This document shows positions 1-9,384 of a stretch of 32,350 nucleotides of DNA, piece by piece. Each line of letters begins with the position of its first letter. Positions within the stretch are counted from its first letter, which is position 1. The notes beneath the pieces were generated by a model. That model did no database searches and was not told where the DNA came from. It saw only the letters and a list, made by a program, of their open reading frames with translations. Where the stretch lies: the sequence record SRR20825010_6460, one strand, 5' to 3'. The position numbers and the translations under genes were made by a program.

Positions 1-10
1 ATTCAATTTT

Positions 11-107
11 GATTTCGACGCCCGCCTGAACTAACGGGTAGGCCTGCCTGACATACGGGGCAGGCAAGCGTCGGAGCACCTGTCCGCGGCAGGCAGGTTT
101 AAATCTC
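11..107. repeat. Cluster of three degenerate CCTGCC(TG)...(CA)GGCAGG hairpin repeats inside a REP-like ATTTCGAC...GGAG...AAATCTC frame
   Basis: Imperfect inverted repeats at 20-43, 42-69 and 78-98; outer CGACGC/GCGTCG inverted pair at 16-21/68-73; GC-rich patch in AT-rich intergenic DNA. Confidence 0.7.
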
Positions 108-178
108 GATTGTCGAGTAAAAAATCCTGATCGGATATTTAATAAGGAACTTGTCCGGTCCATAAATCCTATAATATC

Positions 179-1099
179 ATGAAAAAACTGATCATAATTG
201 GGCTTACATTAGCTTTCATAACGGCCTGTCAGGAGAAAGGACCGGAACGTTATACCCAGGATTCCCCACAAATTAATACTATTAAGCAATTAATTGGGAA
301 TTACAATAACAAAACCTACGATATGAGTATCTATGCAGATACTTCAAAAACCTATTACAACGCCAAGGAGAACCCATTGTCGCCAGAAGAGGTAATTGCC
401 TACCACAAAGAAAGGGACATGGCCTACGCCCAGAGAAGTTTTCTGGACAAGGATCAAGAATATGAAATGGTGCTTACCGATGATGGGGAAACATGGGTAA
501 ACTGTTGGTTGGATTGGCAAGGTACCCTGGCTGGAAATGGTCAGGTAGTGAACATTCCCATTCACCTCACATATCGTTTCCAGGATGGCAAAATTGTGCG
601 GGAAGTTGGAATGTGGGACCCCTCTGCTATAATGCTTGCACTTCAGGAAATAGAGATGAAAAATAGTATGTCTGCCGATGAAAAAGCAATACAGGCTACT
701 ATTGATAATGTCACCAAAGCTTGGAATGCAAACGACAAGGAATTAATGTATGCCAATTTGGTCAAAAATGTGACGAGAACCGCCAATGGGGTCACTATCG
801 CCAAAAAACAATCAGATTACGGAGACTTTATGGATATCTATCACAGTGCCTTTCCTGATTTTAAGGTAAACCTGGACAAAACGGTAATTGATGGAAATAA
901 AGCCTATCTCAACTGGACATGTACCGGTACCAACAAAGGAGAATTCATGGGCAATCCTCCTACCAACAAAAAAATTGAAACACACGGTTTTAGTGTGTGG
1001 ATGTTCGACACCGAAGGAAAAGCCACTCGCGAAGACGCCTTTTATGACAATCTAGTAGTTTACGAACAATTGGGATATTCCATGCCCATGCCGAAATAA
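179..1099 (+). CDS. Lipoprotein with two SnoaL/NTF2-like domains (C-terminal ester cyclase type)
   Basis: Signal MKKLIIIGLTLAFITAC; N-domain ends IHLTYRFQDGKIVREVGMWD; C-domain has AFPDF...WTCTGTNKGEFMGNPPTNKKI...YEQLG typical of SnoaL ester cyclases. Confidence 0.85.
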   Translation: MKKLIIIGLTLAFITACQEKGPERYTQDSPQINTIKQLIGNYNNKTYDMSIYADTSKTYYNAKENPLSPEEVIAYHKERDMAYAQRSFLDKDQEYEMVLTDDGETWVNCWLDWQGTLAGNGQVVNIPIHLTYRFQDGKIVREVGMWDPSAIMLALQEIEMKNSMSADEKAIQATIDNVTKAWNANDKELMYANLVKNVTRTANGVTIAKKQSDYGDFMDIYHSAFPDFKVNLDKTVIDGNKAYLNWTCTGTNKGEFMGNPPTNKKIETHGFSVWMFDTEGKATREDAFYDNLVVYEQLGYSMPMPK

Positions 1100-1124
1100 A
1101 AATACCACCAAAGCCAATACCTCA

Positions 1125-1631
1125 ATGATTAAAAGAAGAAAATTTACCATAGGAATTATACTACTTTTCCTAATAGGAATAAGCCTGAACTGCAAGGAAA
1201 AAACCGCGATTGAAGCAATGGATCAACCTGCGATTACTGTTGAAAAAGAAATCCCCGAATATTTTCTATTGCGCCCTGAAGTAGAGAAGGCCTACGGCTA
1301 CTCACATGCCGTAAAAATTGGAAACGAAATAAAGGTCTCTGGAGCAGTGAGCATGGACGATGAGGGCAACCCTACCGGAATTGGGGATATGGAACAGCAA
1401 ATGAAAAATTGTTACTCCGATTTGGAAAAGGTCCTATCACACTATGGATGCACCTTCGACGATGTGGTGGTAGAAAATGTCTTCACCACCAATATGCCAA
1501 AATTTTTGGAGGTTGCCGCCTATAGAAATGAGATTTACAAAAAGCAATTTCCCACAGGTTCCTGGCTTGGCGTAAAAGAATTGGCACTACCTGAATTTTT
1601 AATTGAAATAGAACTGGAAGTGCATAAATAG
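1125..1631 (+). CDS. Rid (YjgF/YER057c/UK114) family protein with lipoprotein-like signal peptide
   Basis: GYSHAVKIGNEIKVSG, DDVVVENVF, LIEIELE motifs; hydrophobic N-terminus ending SLNC-KEK. Confidence 0.85.
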   Translation: MIKRRKFTIGIILLFLIGISLNCKEKTAIEAMDQPAITVEKEIPEYFLLRPEVEKAYGYSHAVKIGNEIKVSGAVSMDDEGNPTGIGDMEQQMKNCYSDLEKVLSHYGCTFDDVVVENVFTTNMPKFLEVAAYRNEIYKKQFPTGSWLGVKELALPEFLIEIELEVHK

Positions 1632-1681
1632 GGGCAATCCAAATCAAACAGTACAATGTTTAAAAAATAAATAACAGTAAA

Positions 1682-1951
1682 ATGAAACAAACAATTGTAA
1701 CCCGTCACAGGGTAGGAAACATAGAAACTTGGCTAAAAGGACATGAAGACCGTGTAAAGCTTTTTGCCGCTGTAGTATCCAGTTTTAGGACCTTTCAAGA
1801 TGCAAATGATCCAAACTCCGTAGTTCTGGTTTTTGAGGATGCGGATATGGAAAAACTTGGCGCTATTATCAACGACCCCAAGAACAAAGCAATTAAAGAT
1901 CGCCACACCGTATTGGAACCCATAATTCTTTCCCTGCAACTTTCGCTTTAA
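1682..1951 (+). CDS. Small hypothetical protein, probable dimeric alpha-beta barrel (ABM/cyclase-like) fold
   Basis: 89-aa ORF co-oriented in the run; IVTRHRV..W....H..R and DPNSVVLVFE pattern typical of these small ferredoxin-fold proteins. Confidence 0.6.
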   Translation: MKQTIVTRHRVGNIETWLKGHEDRVKLFAAVVSSFRTFQDANDPNSVVLVFEDADMEKLGAIINDPKNKAIKDRHTVLEPIILSLQLSL

Positions 1952-2098
1952 CGAAGAATCAAAATTATCCTCCCGATAGCCCGCTTAAAATATTGAAAGT
2001 TGTCGACTTGAGTAGCTTATAAAATTAGACATATTTACCAAAGACCTGAAATTAACCACTAACTCTCTTAAAAGCAATACAATACCAACACACAATAA

Positions 2099-2641
2099 AT
2101 GCTCTATTACTGGTTAAATTTGTTGAACATTTTTATTTGCTCCAGATTATTTTGGAAAAAAGTAGATCTTACCTCGAATCTGACCAGAAAGAGACGCGTA
2201 AGTATTTTGGATTGCGACACATTTAGGTATATGTCCAACGCAAAATACGCTTATTACATGGACTTTATTCGATTTGAAAAAATGTTTCGGTCCAAATTAT
2301 TTGAAAATACCGTAAAGAAAGGAATGTATGCCGTTTTGGGGTCCCAAAAAATTATCTATAAGAAACCTTTAAAAATGTGGTCTACCTTCAAAATAACCTT
2401 GATTTTGGAAGGATGGGATGACAAATGGGTGTATCACAGTCAGGTTTTTGAACAAGAAGATCAAGTCTGCGCCATTGGTTATACAAAGGCCGCCTTTTGG
2501 AGAGGCAAAAAGGCTCAGGATATAAGGATGATAATAAAAAAATGTGGGGTCACTAAGTCAGAGATGGATATACCCAAAAGAATACTCGATATTTTTAACG
2601 GGGACTATGATCTTTTAAAGAATACTGTTCATCCATTATAA
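2099..2641 (+). CDS. Hotdog-fold acyl-CoA thioesterase-like protein (4HBT/THEM6-like)
   Basis: DCDTFRYMSNAKY and IIYKKPLKMW...LEGWDDKWVYHSQVF motifs. Confidence 0.75.
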   Translation: MLYYWLNLLNIFICSRLFWKKVDLTSNLTRKRRVSILDCDTFRYMSNAKYAYYMDFIRFEKMFRSKLFENTVKKGMYAVLGSQKIIYKKPLKMWSTFKITLILEGWDDKWVYHSQVFEQEDQVCAIGYTKAAFWRGKKAQDIRMIIKKCGVTKSEMDIPKRILDIFNGDYDLLKNTVHPL

Positions 2642-2655
2642 TAACACTTATTCAC

Positions 2656-3288
2656 ATGGAAAAAGCATATAAAAATCTGGGATACTTTTTTTTGTTGCTG
2701 ATACCATTGACCTTTTTGGGTTTTTACAAAACCTATTTCATTCAATTTCCCTCCTTTGAAGAAAATATAACTAGCTTCATTCACCTTCATGCCATTATTG
2801 CATCCATTTGGATCCTATTACTTATTGTTCAACCCCTGCTCATATTAAATAGAAATAACAAAGTGCATAGAAAAATTGGCAAACTTTCCTACATTGTTTT
2901 CCCAATTTTGATTTTATCCTTTGTACCCCAAATGATACGGATCATAAATTCTGATGCACCACAGTTTTTATTCTTTCCTTTGGCAGATAGTGTGCTTTTG
3001 ATACTATTTTATTCTTTGGCAATTTACCATAGGAGAAAAGTTTCCAAACACATGCGATACATTATAGGATCTGCGACTGTTTTTCTCGGGCCCACAATCG
3101 GACGAATTGGGCCACATATTTTCGAGTGGTCGGAGATTGTGACCCAAAATATACAATACGGAATAATCTACTTGATTCTTATTGGGCTTATTTTTTACGA
3201 TAAAAGAAATAAAAATAATTACCGGCCATACCTTCTAATACTAACAACTTGGATAATACACCTAATTATCTTTAACATGATATTTTAA
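2656..3288 (+). CDS. Polytopic membrane protein with spaced His residues (DUF2306/cytochrome b-like)
   Basis: About six hydrophobic segments; IHLHA, VHRKIGK and KHMRY motifs. Confidence 0.65.
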   Translation: MEKAYKNLGYFFLLLIPLTFLGFYKTYFIQFPSFEENITSFIHLHAIIASIWILLLIVQPLLILNRNNKVHRKIGKLSYIVFPILILSFVPQMIRIINSDAPQFLFFPLADSVLLILFYSLAIYHRRKVSKHMRYIIGSATVFLGPTIGRIGPHIFEWSEIVTQNIQYGIIYLILIGLIFYDKRNKNNYRPYLLILTTWIIHLIIFNMIF

Positions 3289-3339
3289 AATTGAAAAAAA
3301 GCCATTTCACAGTTAACAAATTTCTAAAAACGATCAATT

Positions 3340-4377
3340 ATGGAAGCAGCAGCTCAGATTACAGTAGATCCCTCAAAAATTATGCAGATAGGCACAGGTT
3401 TTTTCGGAACCAAAACCTTGCTCACCGCAGTGAACATGGAACTTTTTACGGTTTTGGCAAAACGGGATTTATCCGGAAAGGATATTCAAACCAGACTTAG
3501 TCTCCACTCGCGAAGCCTCTATGATTTTTTGGATGCCTTGGTAGCCATGGGCTTTTTAAAAAGAAAAGGTTTAAAGGAAAGTGCTGTTTACAGTAATGCG
3601 GAAGATGCAGATCTTTTTCTGGACAAGAACAAACCTAGCTATATAGGTGGGATTTTGGAAATGTGCAATAACCGTTTGTACCCTTTTTGGAACGATTTGG
3701 AGGATGGCCTAAAAACGGGGTTGCCACAAAATGAAACCAAAAATGGTGGGAAACCCATTTTTGAAGCGGTTTATGGGGACCCTAAGAAACTACGGGAATT
3801 TGTTGGAGCTATGGCCGGCGTACAAATGGGAAATTTTATGGAATTTGCCAAAGTATTTGATTTTTCGAAATACAAAACCCTGTGCGACATTGGTGGGGCG
3901 GGAGGATTTTTGGCGGCCCACGTTGCCATGAACAATCAACACATGCATTGTACATCTATGGACCTACCTCAGGTAGAACCAATTGCCAAGGAAAACATCC
4001 AGAATATGGGTTTGAAGGATATGGTGAAAATAACCTCAGGGGATTTCTTTACAGACAATTTTCCAAAATCGGACGTAATTACCATGGGCAACATTTTACA
4101 TGATTGGGGCACCAAGGACAAAAAAATGCTTATTAAAAAAGCCTATGATGCCCTACCCAAGGGAGGTGCTTTCGTGGTTATCGAAAATATTATCGATAAC
4201 AATAGAAGCAAGAATGCCTTTGGACTTTTAATGTCCTTGAACATGCTCATTGAAACCACCGAAGGATATGATTTCTCCTTTTCGGATTTTGACGATATGG
4301 TGAAGGAAGCTGGTTTTAAATCAACCGCATTAATGCCTTTAACTGGCCCAACCAGTGCAGCGATTGCCTTGAAATAA
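3340..4377 (+). CDS. SAM-dependent O-methyltransferase (Methyltransf_2 with N-terminal dimerisation domain)
   Basis: LCDIGGAGG SAM motif, GDFF, GNILHDW catalytic motif. Confidence 0.92.
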   Translation: MEAAAQITVDPSKIMQIGTGFFGTKTLLTAVNMELFTVLAKRDLSGKDIQTRLSLHSRSLYDFLDALVAMGFLKRKGLKESAVYSNAEDADLFLDKNKPSYIGGILEMCNNRLYPFWNDLEDGLKTGLPQNETKNGGKPIFEAVYGDPKKLREFVGAMAGVQMGNFMEFAKVFDFSKYKTLCDIGGAGGFLAAHVAMNNQHMHCTSMDLPQVEPIAKENIQNMGLKDMVKITSGDFFTDNFPKSDVITMGNILHDWGTKDKKMLIKKAYDALPKGGAFVVIENIIDNNRSKNAFGLLMSLNMLIETTEGYDFSFSDFDDMVKEAGFKSTALMPLTGPTSAAIALK

Positions 4378-4497
4378 TTTCACAATATTTACCCTAAAAT
4401 TAGAAATGATGTGGCCCTGACTTGCCCTTAACTATTTTGGGTAATACTTAATAAATTTTCACAATTCAACTCTATAAACAACTATATTTAAGCAAGT

Positions 4498-4505
4498 TAA
4501 ATTTG
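4498..4505 (+). promoter_or_regulatory. Bacteroidota sigma70 -7 box (TAAATTTG) upstream of the DUF1624 gene
   Basis: Matches TAnnTTTG just upstream of the ATG at 4517. Confidence 0.4.
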
Positions 4506-4516
4506 AACCTGAATTT

Positions 4517-5698
4517 ATGAAACCAAAAACCGACCGAGTGGAGTCCATCGACATTTTGAGGGGCCTGGTTATGGTAATTATGGCCTTGGACCATGTTCGG
4601 GATTATTTTAACTATGGCTCCTTTTTTATTGACCCTACCAATGTGGAAACCACAACGCCAATATTGTTTTTTACACGTTTCGTTACCCATTATTGTGCCC
4701 CGGTATTTGTTTTTCTTGCCGGGACTTCCGCCTTCCTATACGGAAGAAACAAAACAAACTCCCAACTCTCAAAATTCTTGCTCACCAGAGGGATTTGGTT
4801 AATTTTTATGGAGTTGGTGGTCAACAACCTTATTTGGACCTTTGACCTGACCTATAGTTTTCCAATTCTTCAGGTGATTTGGGCCATTGGCTTTAGCATG
4901 ATCTGCTTGTCATTTCTGATTTATTTACCTAAAAAGATAATTCTTGCCATCGGCATTATTATAATTGTCGGACACAATCTTCTTGATGGAATAATTATGC
5001 AGGGAAATAGTCTTGAAGCCATAATCTGGTATCTTTTACATCAGAATAACACCGTGGTTCTGGGACCTGACAAAATGATACTATTTCACTACCCTGTAAT
5101 CCCTTGGATAGGACTAATGGCATTGGGTTATTGCTTGGGACAGCTATATTTAAAAGACTTTGACGCGAAATTAAGAAGAACATGGTTGTTGCGCATGGGC
5201 TTAGGAGCCTTGGGCCTCTTCTTTATAATCAGGGGTTTGAATGTCTATGGGGATTTGGTGCCCTGGGCAATACAGGACACCAATACCAAAACAATCATTT
5301 CTTTTCTTAACGTAACCAAATATCCCCCTTCACTTGCTTTTGTACTAATTACCATTGGTCCTGCCCTACTGTTCCTTTATACTATTGAAAATGTAAAAAA
5401 CACCTTAACCAATTTCTTTTTGGTTTATGGCAGGGTTCCCTTCTTCTATTATTTTTTGCACGTATTGGTAATCCATATTGCAGCAATCATAGGGATTATA
5501 ATATCTGGTGGAAATTGGAGAGATATGATCTTGACTGCCGATGTATTCATGAATGAAAAGCTCGCAACTTACGGATATCCCCTATGGGTCACCTATATGG
5601 TTTGGATCGGAATAGTGCTTGCCCTATTCCCCTTAAGTAAGAAATATATGACCTACAAGATCAATAATAGGGATAAATGGTGGTTGAGTTATTTATAA
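4517..5698 (+). CDS. DUF1624 / heparan-alpha-glucosaminide N-acetyltransferase-like membrane protein
   Basis: RVESIDILRGLVMVIMALDHVRD, THYCAPVFVFLAG and KYPPSL motifs; multiple TM segments. Confidence 0.88.
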   Translation: MKPKTDRVESIDILRGLVMVIMALDHVRDYFNYGSFFIDPTNVETTTPILFFTRFVTHYCAPVFVFLAGTSAFLYGRNKTNSQLSKFLLTRGIWLIFMELVVNNLIWTFDLTYSFPILQVIWAIGFSMICLSFLIYLPKKIILAIGIIIIVGHNLLDGIIMQGNSLEAIIWYLLHQNNTVVLGPDKMILFHYPVIPWIGLMALGYCLGQLYLKDFDAKLRRTWLLRMGLGALGLFFIIRGLNVYGDLVPWAIQDTNTKTIISFLNVTKYPPSLAFVLITIGPALLFLYTIENVKNTLTNFFLVYGRVPFFYYFLHVLVIHIAAIIGIIISGGNWRDMILTADVFMNEKLATYGYPLWVTYMVWIGIVLALFPLSKKYMTYKINNRDKWWLSYL

Positions 5699-5745
5699 GT
5701 ATTATGTTTGGCCCCTCTTTTTTAACGAAGGATATTTTTTGTGCC

Positions 5746-7185
5746 TCAAACCCCAACAAAAACTTTTTTCTTTTGTGAGGTGTATACCCAAAATGAAATT
5801 GTAATAGTCAGTGTTATAAGCGTGCCACCTATATAAGAAATATCATTGGGCAATTTAAAACCTTCTGGAGCTATCAAAATATAGGTACTGCAAACCATTG
5901 TCATAAAAATTGCCGGTAATAGGGTAACCCAATAAGCCTTGTTTTCATAAATTAAATAGGCGGTTATTGTCCAAAGCACGATCATGGCCAAAGTTTGATT
6001 GCTCCATGCAAAATAGCGCCATATAATTCCAAAATCTATTTGGGTAAGTACAAATGCGATTACGAATAGCGGTAGACTAATAAGCAGCCTGTTGACTATT
6101 TTCTTTTGGTTGGACTTAAATATATCGGACAGTATTAGGCGTGCAGACCTAAATGCGGTATCGCCGGAAGTAATTGGCGCAGCAACAATTCCCAATAAGG
6201 CCAATACACCCCCAATTTGGCCCAACATATTAAGGGATATTTCATTGGCCGCCCAAGCGGCGTTGTTATTATTGGCAATCATGGCGCCATTTAAACCCTC
6301 CACATTTCCAAAAAATGTCATTGCTGCAGCAGCCCATATTAAAGCCACTATTCCCTCTGTGACCATTGTGCCGTAAAAGATCTTTCTCCCATCCGTTTCA
6401 TTTTTCATGCAACGTGCCATGAGCGGGGACTGGGTGGCGTGGAATCCTGAAATGGCACCACAGGCAATGGTTATAAACAGAATTGGAAACAAGGGGGTTG
6501 CCTCTGGATCGCTGGTCATATTTATTAAATTCGCTGGAACCAGTTCGGGAATATTGTAGTCCCCAAAAAAAAGTGCAATTACCAAGCCTATGGCCATAAG
6601 TAACATGGCTACTCCAAAAATGGGGTAAAGTTTACTTATTAATTTATCTATTGGCAGTAATGTGGAGAGAACGTAATAAACCAAAATAATGGCCACCCAA
6701 ATCCAGACGTTCCATATATTCCCGGTCATTCCATCGATTATTTTTGCCGGACCAACCAAAAAAACGGTCCCCACAAATATTAAAAGGACTACCGAAAAAA
6801 GGCGCATAAACTGTTTAGCAGTAGGCCCCAGATATATTCCGACCACTTCACTGATACTAAGCCCATCATGCCGAATGGACAACATTCCGGAAAAATAATC
6901 GTGCACCGCACCTGCAAAGATGCTTCCCAATACGATCCACAAAAAAGCGGCAGGTCCAAACATGGCTCCTGCAATGGCCCCAAAGATGGGTCCCAAACCT
7001 GCTATATTCAAGAACTGGATCAAAAAGACCTTCCAAGTGGGCAATGTCATAAAATCAACATCGTCCCTAAGCCTAACTGCGGGAGTTTCCCTATCCTTGT
7101 CCACCCCAAATATCCTTTCCATCAATTTCCCGTAAGTGAAATAGCCCAGTACTAAAGCTCCTATAGATAATAAGAATGATATCAT
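5746..7185 (-). CDS. cstA: Carbon starvation protein A family transporter
   Basis: IQFLNIAGLGPIFGA, FITIACGAISGFHATQSP and ITSGDTAFRSAR motifs. Confidence 0.93.
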   Translation of the reverse strand: MISFLLSIGALVLGYFTYGKLMERIFGVDKDRETPAVRLRDDVDFMTLPTWKVFLIQFLNIAGLGPIFGAIAGAMFGPAAFLWIVLGSIFAGAVHDYFSGMLSIRHDGLSISEVVGIYLGPTAKQFMRLFSVVLLIFVGTVFLVGPAKIIDGMTGNIWNVWIWVAIILVYYVLSTLLPIDKLISKLYPIFGVAMLLMAIGLVIALFFGDYNIPELVPANLINMTSDPEATPLFPILFITIACGAISGFHATQSPLMARCMKNETDGRKIFYGTMVTEGIVALIWAAAAMTFFGNVEGLNGAMIANNNNAAWAANEISLNMLGQIGGVLALLGIVAAPITSGDTAFRSARLILSDIFKSNQKKIVNRLLISLPLFVIAFVLTQIDFGIIWRYFAWSNQTLAMIVLWTITAYLIYENKAYWVTLLPAIFMTMVCSTYILIAPEGFKLPNDISYIGGTLITLTITISFWVYTSQKKKVFVGV

Positions 7186-7204
7186 TTCAATAATATTATA
7201 ATTA

Positions 7205-7212
7205 CAAATTTA
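7205..7212 (-). promoter_or_regulatory. Bacteroidota -7 box (TAAATTTG) for cstA
   Basis: CAAATTTA on + strand about 20 nt upstream of the cstA start. Confidence 0.5.
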
Positions 7213-7433
7213 ATTTTGTTCCAGATCAATCACCTCTACCCCAATCATTCCAATTCCTCCAAAGTATTACCAAATAATACCAAAACCTAAAAGGAAGCGT
7301 CATATAAATCTAATCACAACAAACATATACTATTTGCATCAACAATAGCAACGTTTACCCTAAAGGAATTTGTAAGCTGTAAGATTCCCTAACTATTTAG
7401 GAATATCGACAACTCTATATCGGAAATAATCCT

Positions 7434-9371
7434 TTACTCGTTATAACAGCGCACTTCAAATATTTTGGCGAGAGGGTCGCCATTGGTCCTAGTAACCGTG
7501 ATTTTCAATTGCTTTATTTCAACAGATTCAAAGCTATGTTCTACCAGTCTCAAATAATTATTTTCATTACTAAGAAGTGTTTTGTCAATATTTTTCCCCT
7601 GGACTTCTATGACATAATCGGCCACCGTTTCCGGTTGTTGGCCTCTAATTTGGTTGTCATTTACCCAGTCCTGGGCAGAAAGTCGTAAAAAGCGATCTAA
7701 GCCGGTATCGAATATGAACTGGATTTTATTGATCTTGACCGGTTTTTTCCAACTCAACATAATCCATTGCTCCCCATTTTCCATACTGGCACACCATTTA
7801 TGGGTAATGCCATCCCCAACTTCCCTGTTATAACCGTCAATTATCTTTATCGCCTTTCCATCCGCTGTTTCTGAAGAGGCCGTTATCTTGGCCGTTCTGG
7901 CCAAATCAGCTGCATCTTCGTTCTTTACTCCAAGTAATGCCTGGTCCTGCTTCAGTAAAATTTGTTGTAGTTTTATTATATGTTCACTACTATTCCCTAA
8001 CTCAGTTGGAAGTATCCCATTTTTATTGCAATAATCCATGGCGGTGCCAATGGCCTGTCCCAAAGTACTGCAGGTTGCCATTACCCTGGTAGATGAAAGT
8101 GCCACATGGGAAACACTTATATTTCGACCGGCCATCAACAGATTGGGAATATTTTTACTATATAGTGATCTGAAAGGAATGGAATATGGTCCTTTTAATG
8201 GTATAGAGACATAAGGCACTTCTCCAGTGGTATCCATTCCCCCAGGAGGGTGATCGTCCAATGGCCAACCGCCATAGGCTACCCTATCTTCAAACAAGGT
8301 TGCCGCCTGTACGTCTTCCTGTTTCATTATGTAATCGCCTTCTACTCGTCTGCTCTCCCTTTTCCCAGGGATCATTCCTATGGAGTCCAATGCCCAATTT
8401 TCCGAATCCGGATGGTTCCCGGAGTTCTTAATATAATCCCAGACCCCAAATAGCACAGCCAAAAGATCCTTTCTATTTTGTTGTCCATCGCGAACAATGT
8501 CAATTTCCCCACCTAATTCCAACCACCAATAACCATATTCATAGGTTGAAATATTGCGGTGCAAAAAATCCTTGGTTGTATATTTCCTTGCCCATTTGGG
8601 AGGGGTATAGGGCATACTCTTTTCATATTTTTTTGCGGTAAACAATAAGCTGTTCCCCATTGTTTTTTGATCTTCAACATCTACGGCGAGAGATTCTCCC
8701 CATTTGGATTTTGCTTCCCTTCCACGCATATAATTTGCGCCTACTTGTGCCGCTAAGGTCGCATCGCCTGTACAATCCGCAAAGAACTTGGCCTTGATCA
8801 CAGAAATTTCCTCAGTTGGCGAGCAAAGGGCCATTATCTGATTGATCTTTCCATCAACTACCTCTGCGTCATATAAGGCCGTGTCCAGCAATAAAGTGAT
8901 ATTTTCTTCGGATATTAGTTTATCATATAAAATAAAATCCCACATCTCATAGGAACGCTGTGGGTTTTGTACGGCCTCCGTCAAAACCAATTCTTCCAAT
9001 ATTCCGGTTTCCCTCCATATTTGATTCAACTGGCTTGCTCCAGAAATATGCATTCTTATTTCACTACTGGCGTTTCCACCCAACCTTGATCTGTCCTGAA
9101 TAAGTATTACCTTACTACCATTACGTGCTGCTGCCAATGCCGCGCATATTCCCGCCATTCCGGCCCCGGCAATAAGGACATCGGTCTCATAAAATTTTTT
9201 CTTATAGACTTCGGTATCCACAAGGGCCTGTGCTTTATTGGAATCAGTAGTGGCCTGCCCGAATAATTGCGCCCCGTCTACGGCATCCTTACCAAAGACC
9301 GTTATTGGAGCCATCATAAAAGCACCTGATCCCAATCCAATGGTTTTCATAAATCCTCTCCTTTTTGTCAT
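7434..9371 (-). CDS. Tat-exported FAD-dependent oxidoreductase (FAD_oxidored-type) with C-terminal F5/8 type C (discoidin)-like domain
   Basis: KRRGFMK twin-Arg signal; DVLIAGAGMAG Rossmann motif; GGNASSE, DCTGD, RESRR, NLLMAGR; C-terminal ASS...IIDG...W...IFEVRCY. Confidence 0.9.
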   Translation of the reverse strand: MTKRRGFMKTIGLGSGAFMMAPITVFGKDAVDGAQLFGQATTDSNKAQALVDTEVYKKKFYETDVLIAGAGMAGICAALAAARNGSKVILIQDRSRLGGNASSEIRMHISGASQLNQIWRETGILEELVLTEAVQNPQRSYEMWDFILYDKLISEENITLLLDTALYDAEVVDGKINQIMALCSPTEEISVIKAKFFADCTGDATLAAQVGANYMRGREAKSKWGESLAVDVEDQKTMGNSLLFTAKKYEKSMPYTPPKWARKYTTKDFLHRNISTYEYGYWWLELGGEIDIVRDGQQNRKDLLAVLFGVWDYIKNSGNHPDSENWALDSIGMIPGKRESRRVEGDYIMKQEDVQAATLFEDRVAYGGWPLDDHPPGGMDTTGEVPYVSIPLKGPYSIPFRSLYSKNIPNLLMAGRNISVSHVALSSTRVMATCSTLGQAIGTAMDYCNKNGILPTELGNSSEHIIKLQQILLKQDQALLGVKNEDAADLARTAKITASSETADGKAIKIIDGYNREVGDGITHKWCASMENGEQWIMLSWKKPVKINKIQFIFDTGLDRFLRLSAQDWVNDNQIRGQQPETVADYVIEVQGKNIDKTLLSNENNYLRLVEHSFESVEIKQLKITVTRTNGDPLAKIFEVRCYNE

Positions 9372-9384
9372 TGCTTTAAGTATT

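Noticed and set aside
3291..3500. 69-aa ORF overlapping the methyltransferase start
   Set aside because: Out-of-frame overlap with a well-supported gene; no protein-like features
179..5698. Integron-like cassette array
   Set aside because: No shared attC-like repeat found in the intergenic gaps and no integrase in the window
7317..7345. CAACAA direct repeat upstream of cstA as a LytTR-type site
   Set aside because: Only 6 nt, 23-nt period, in A/C-rich DNA; too weak without comparative data
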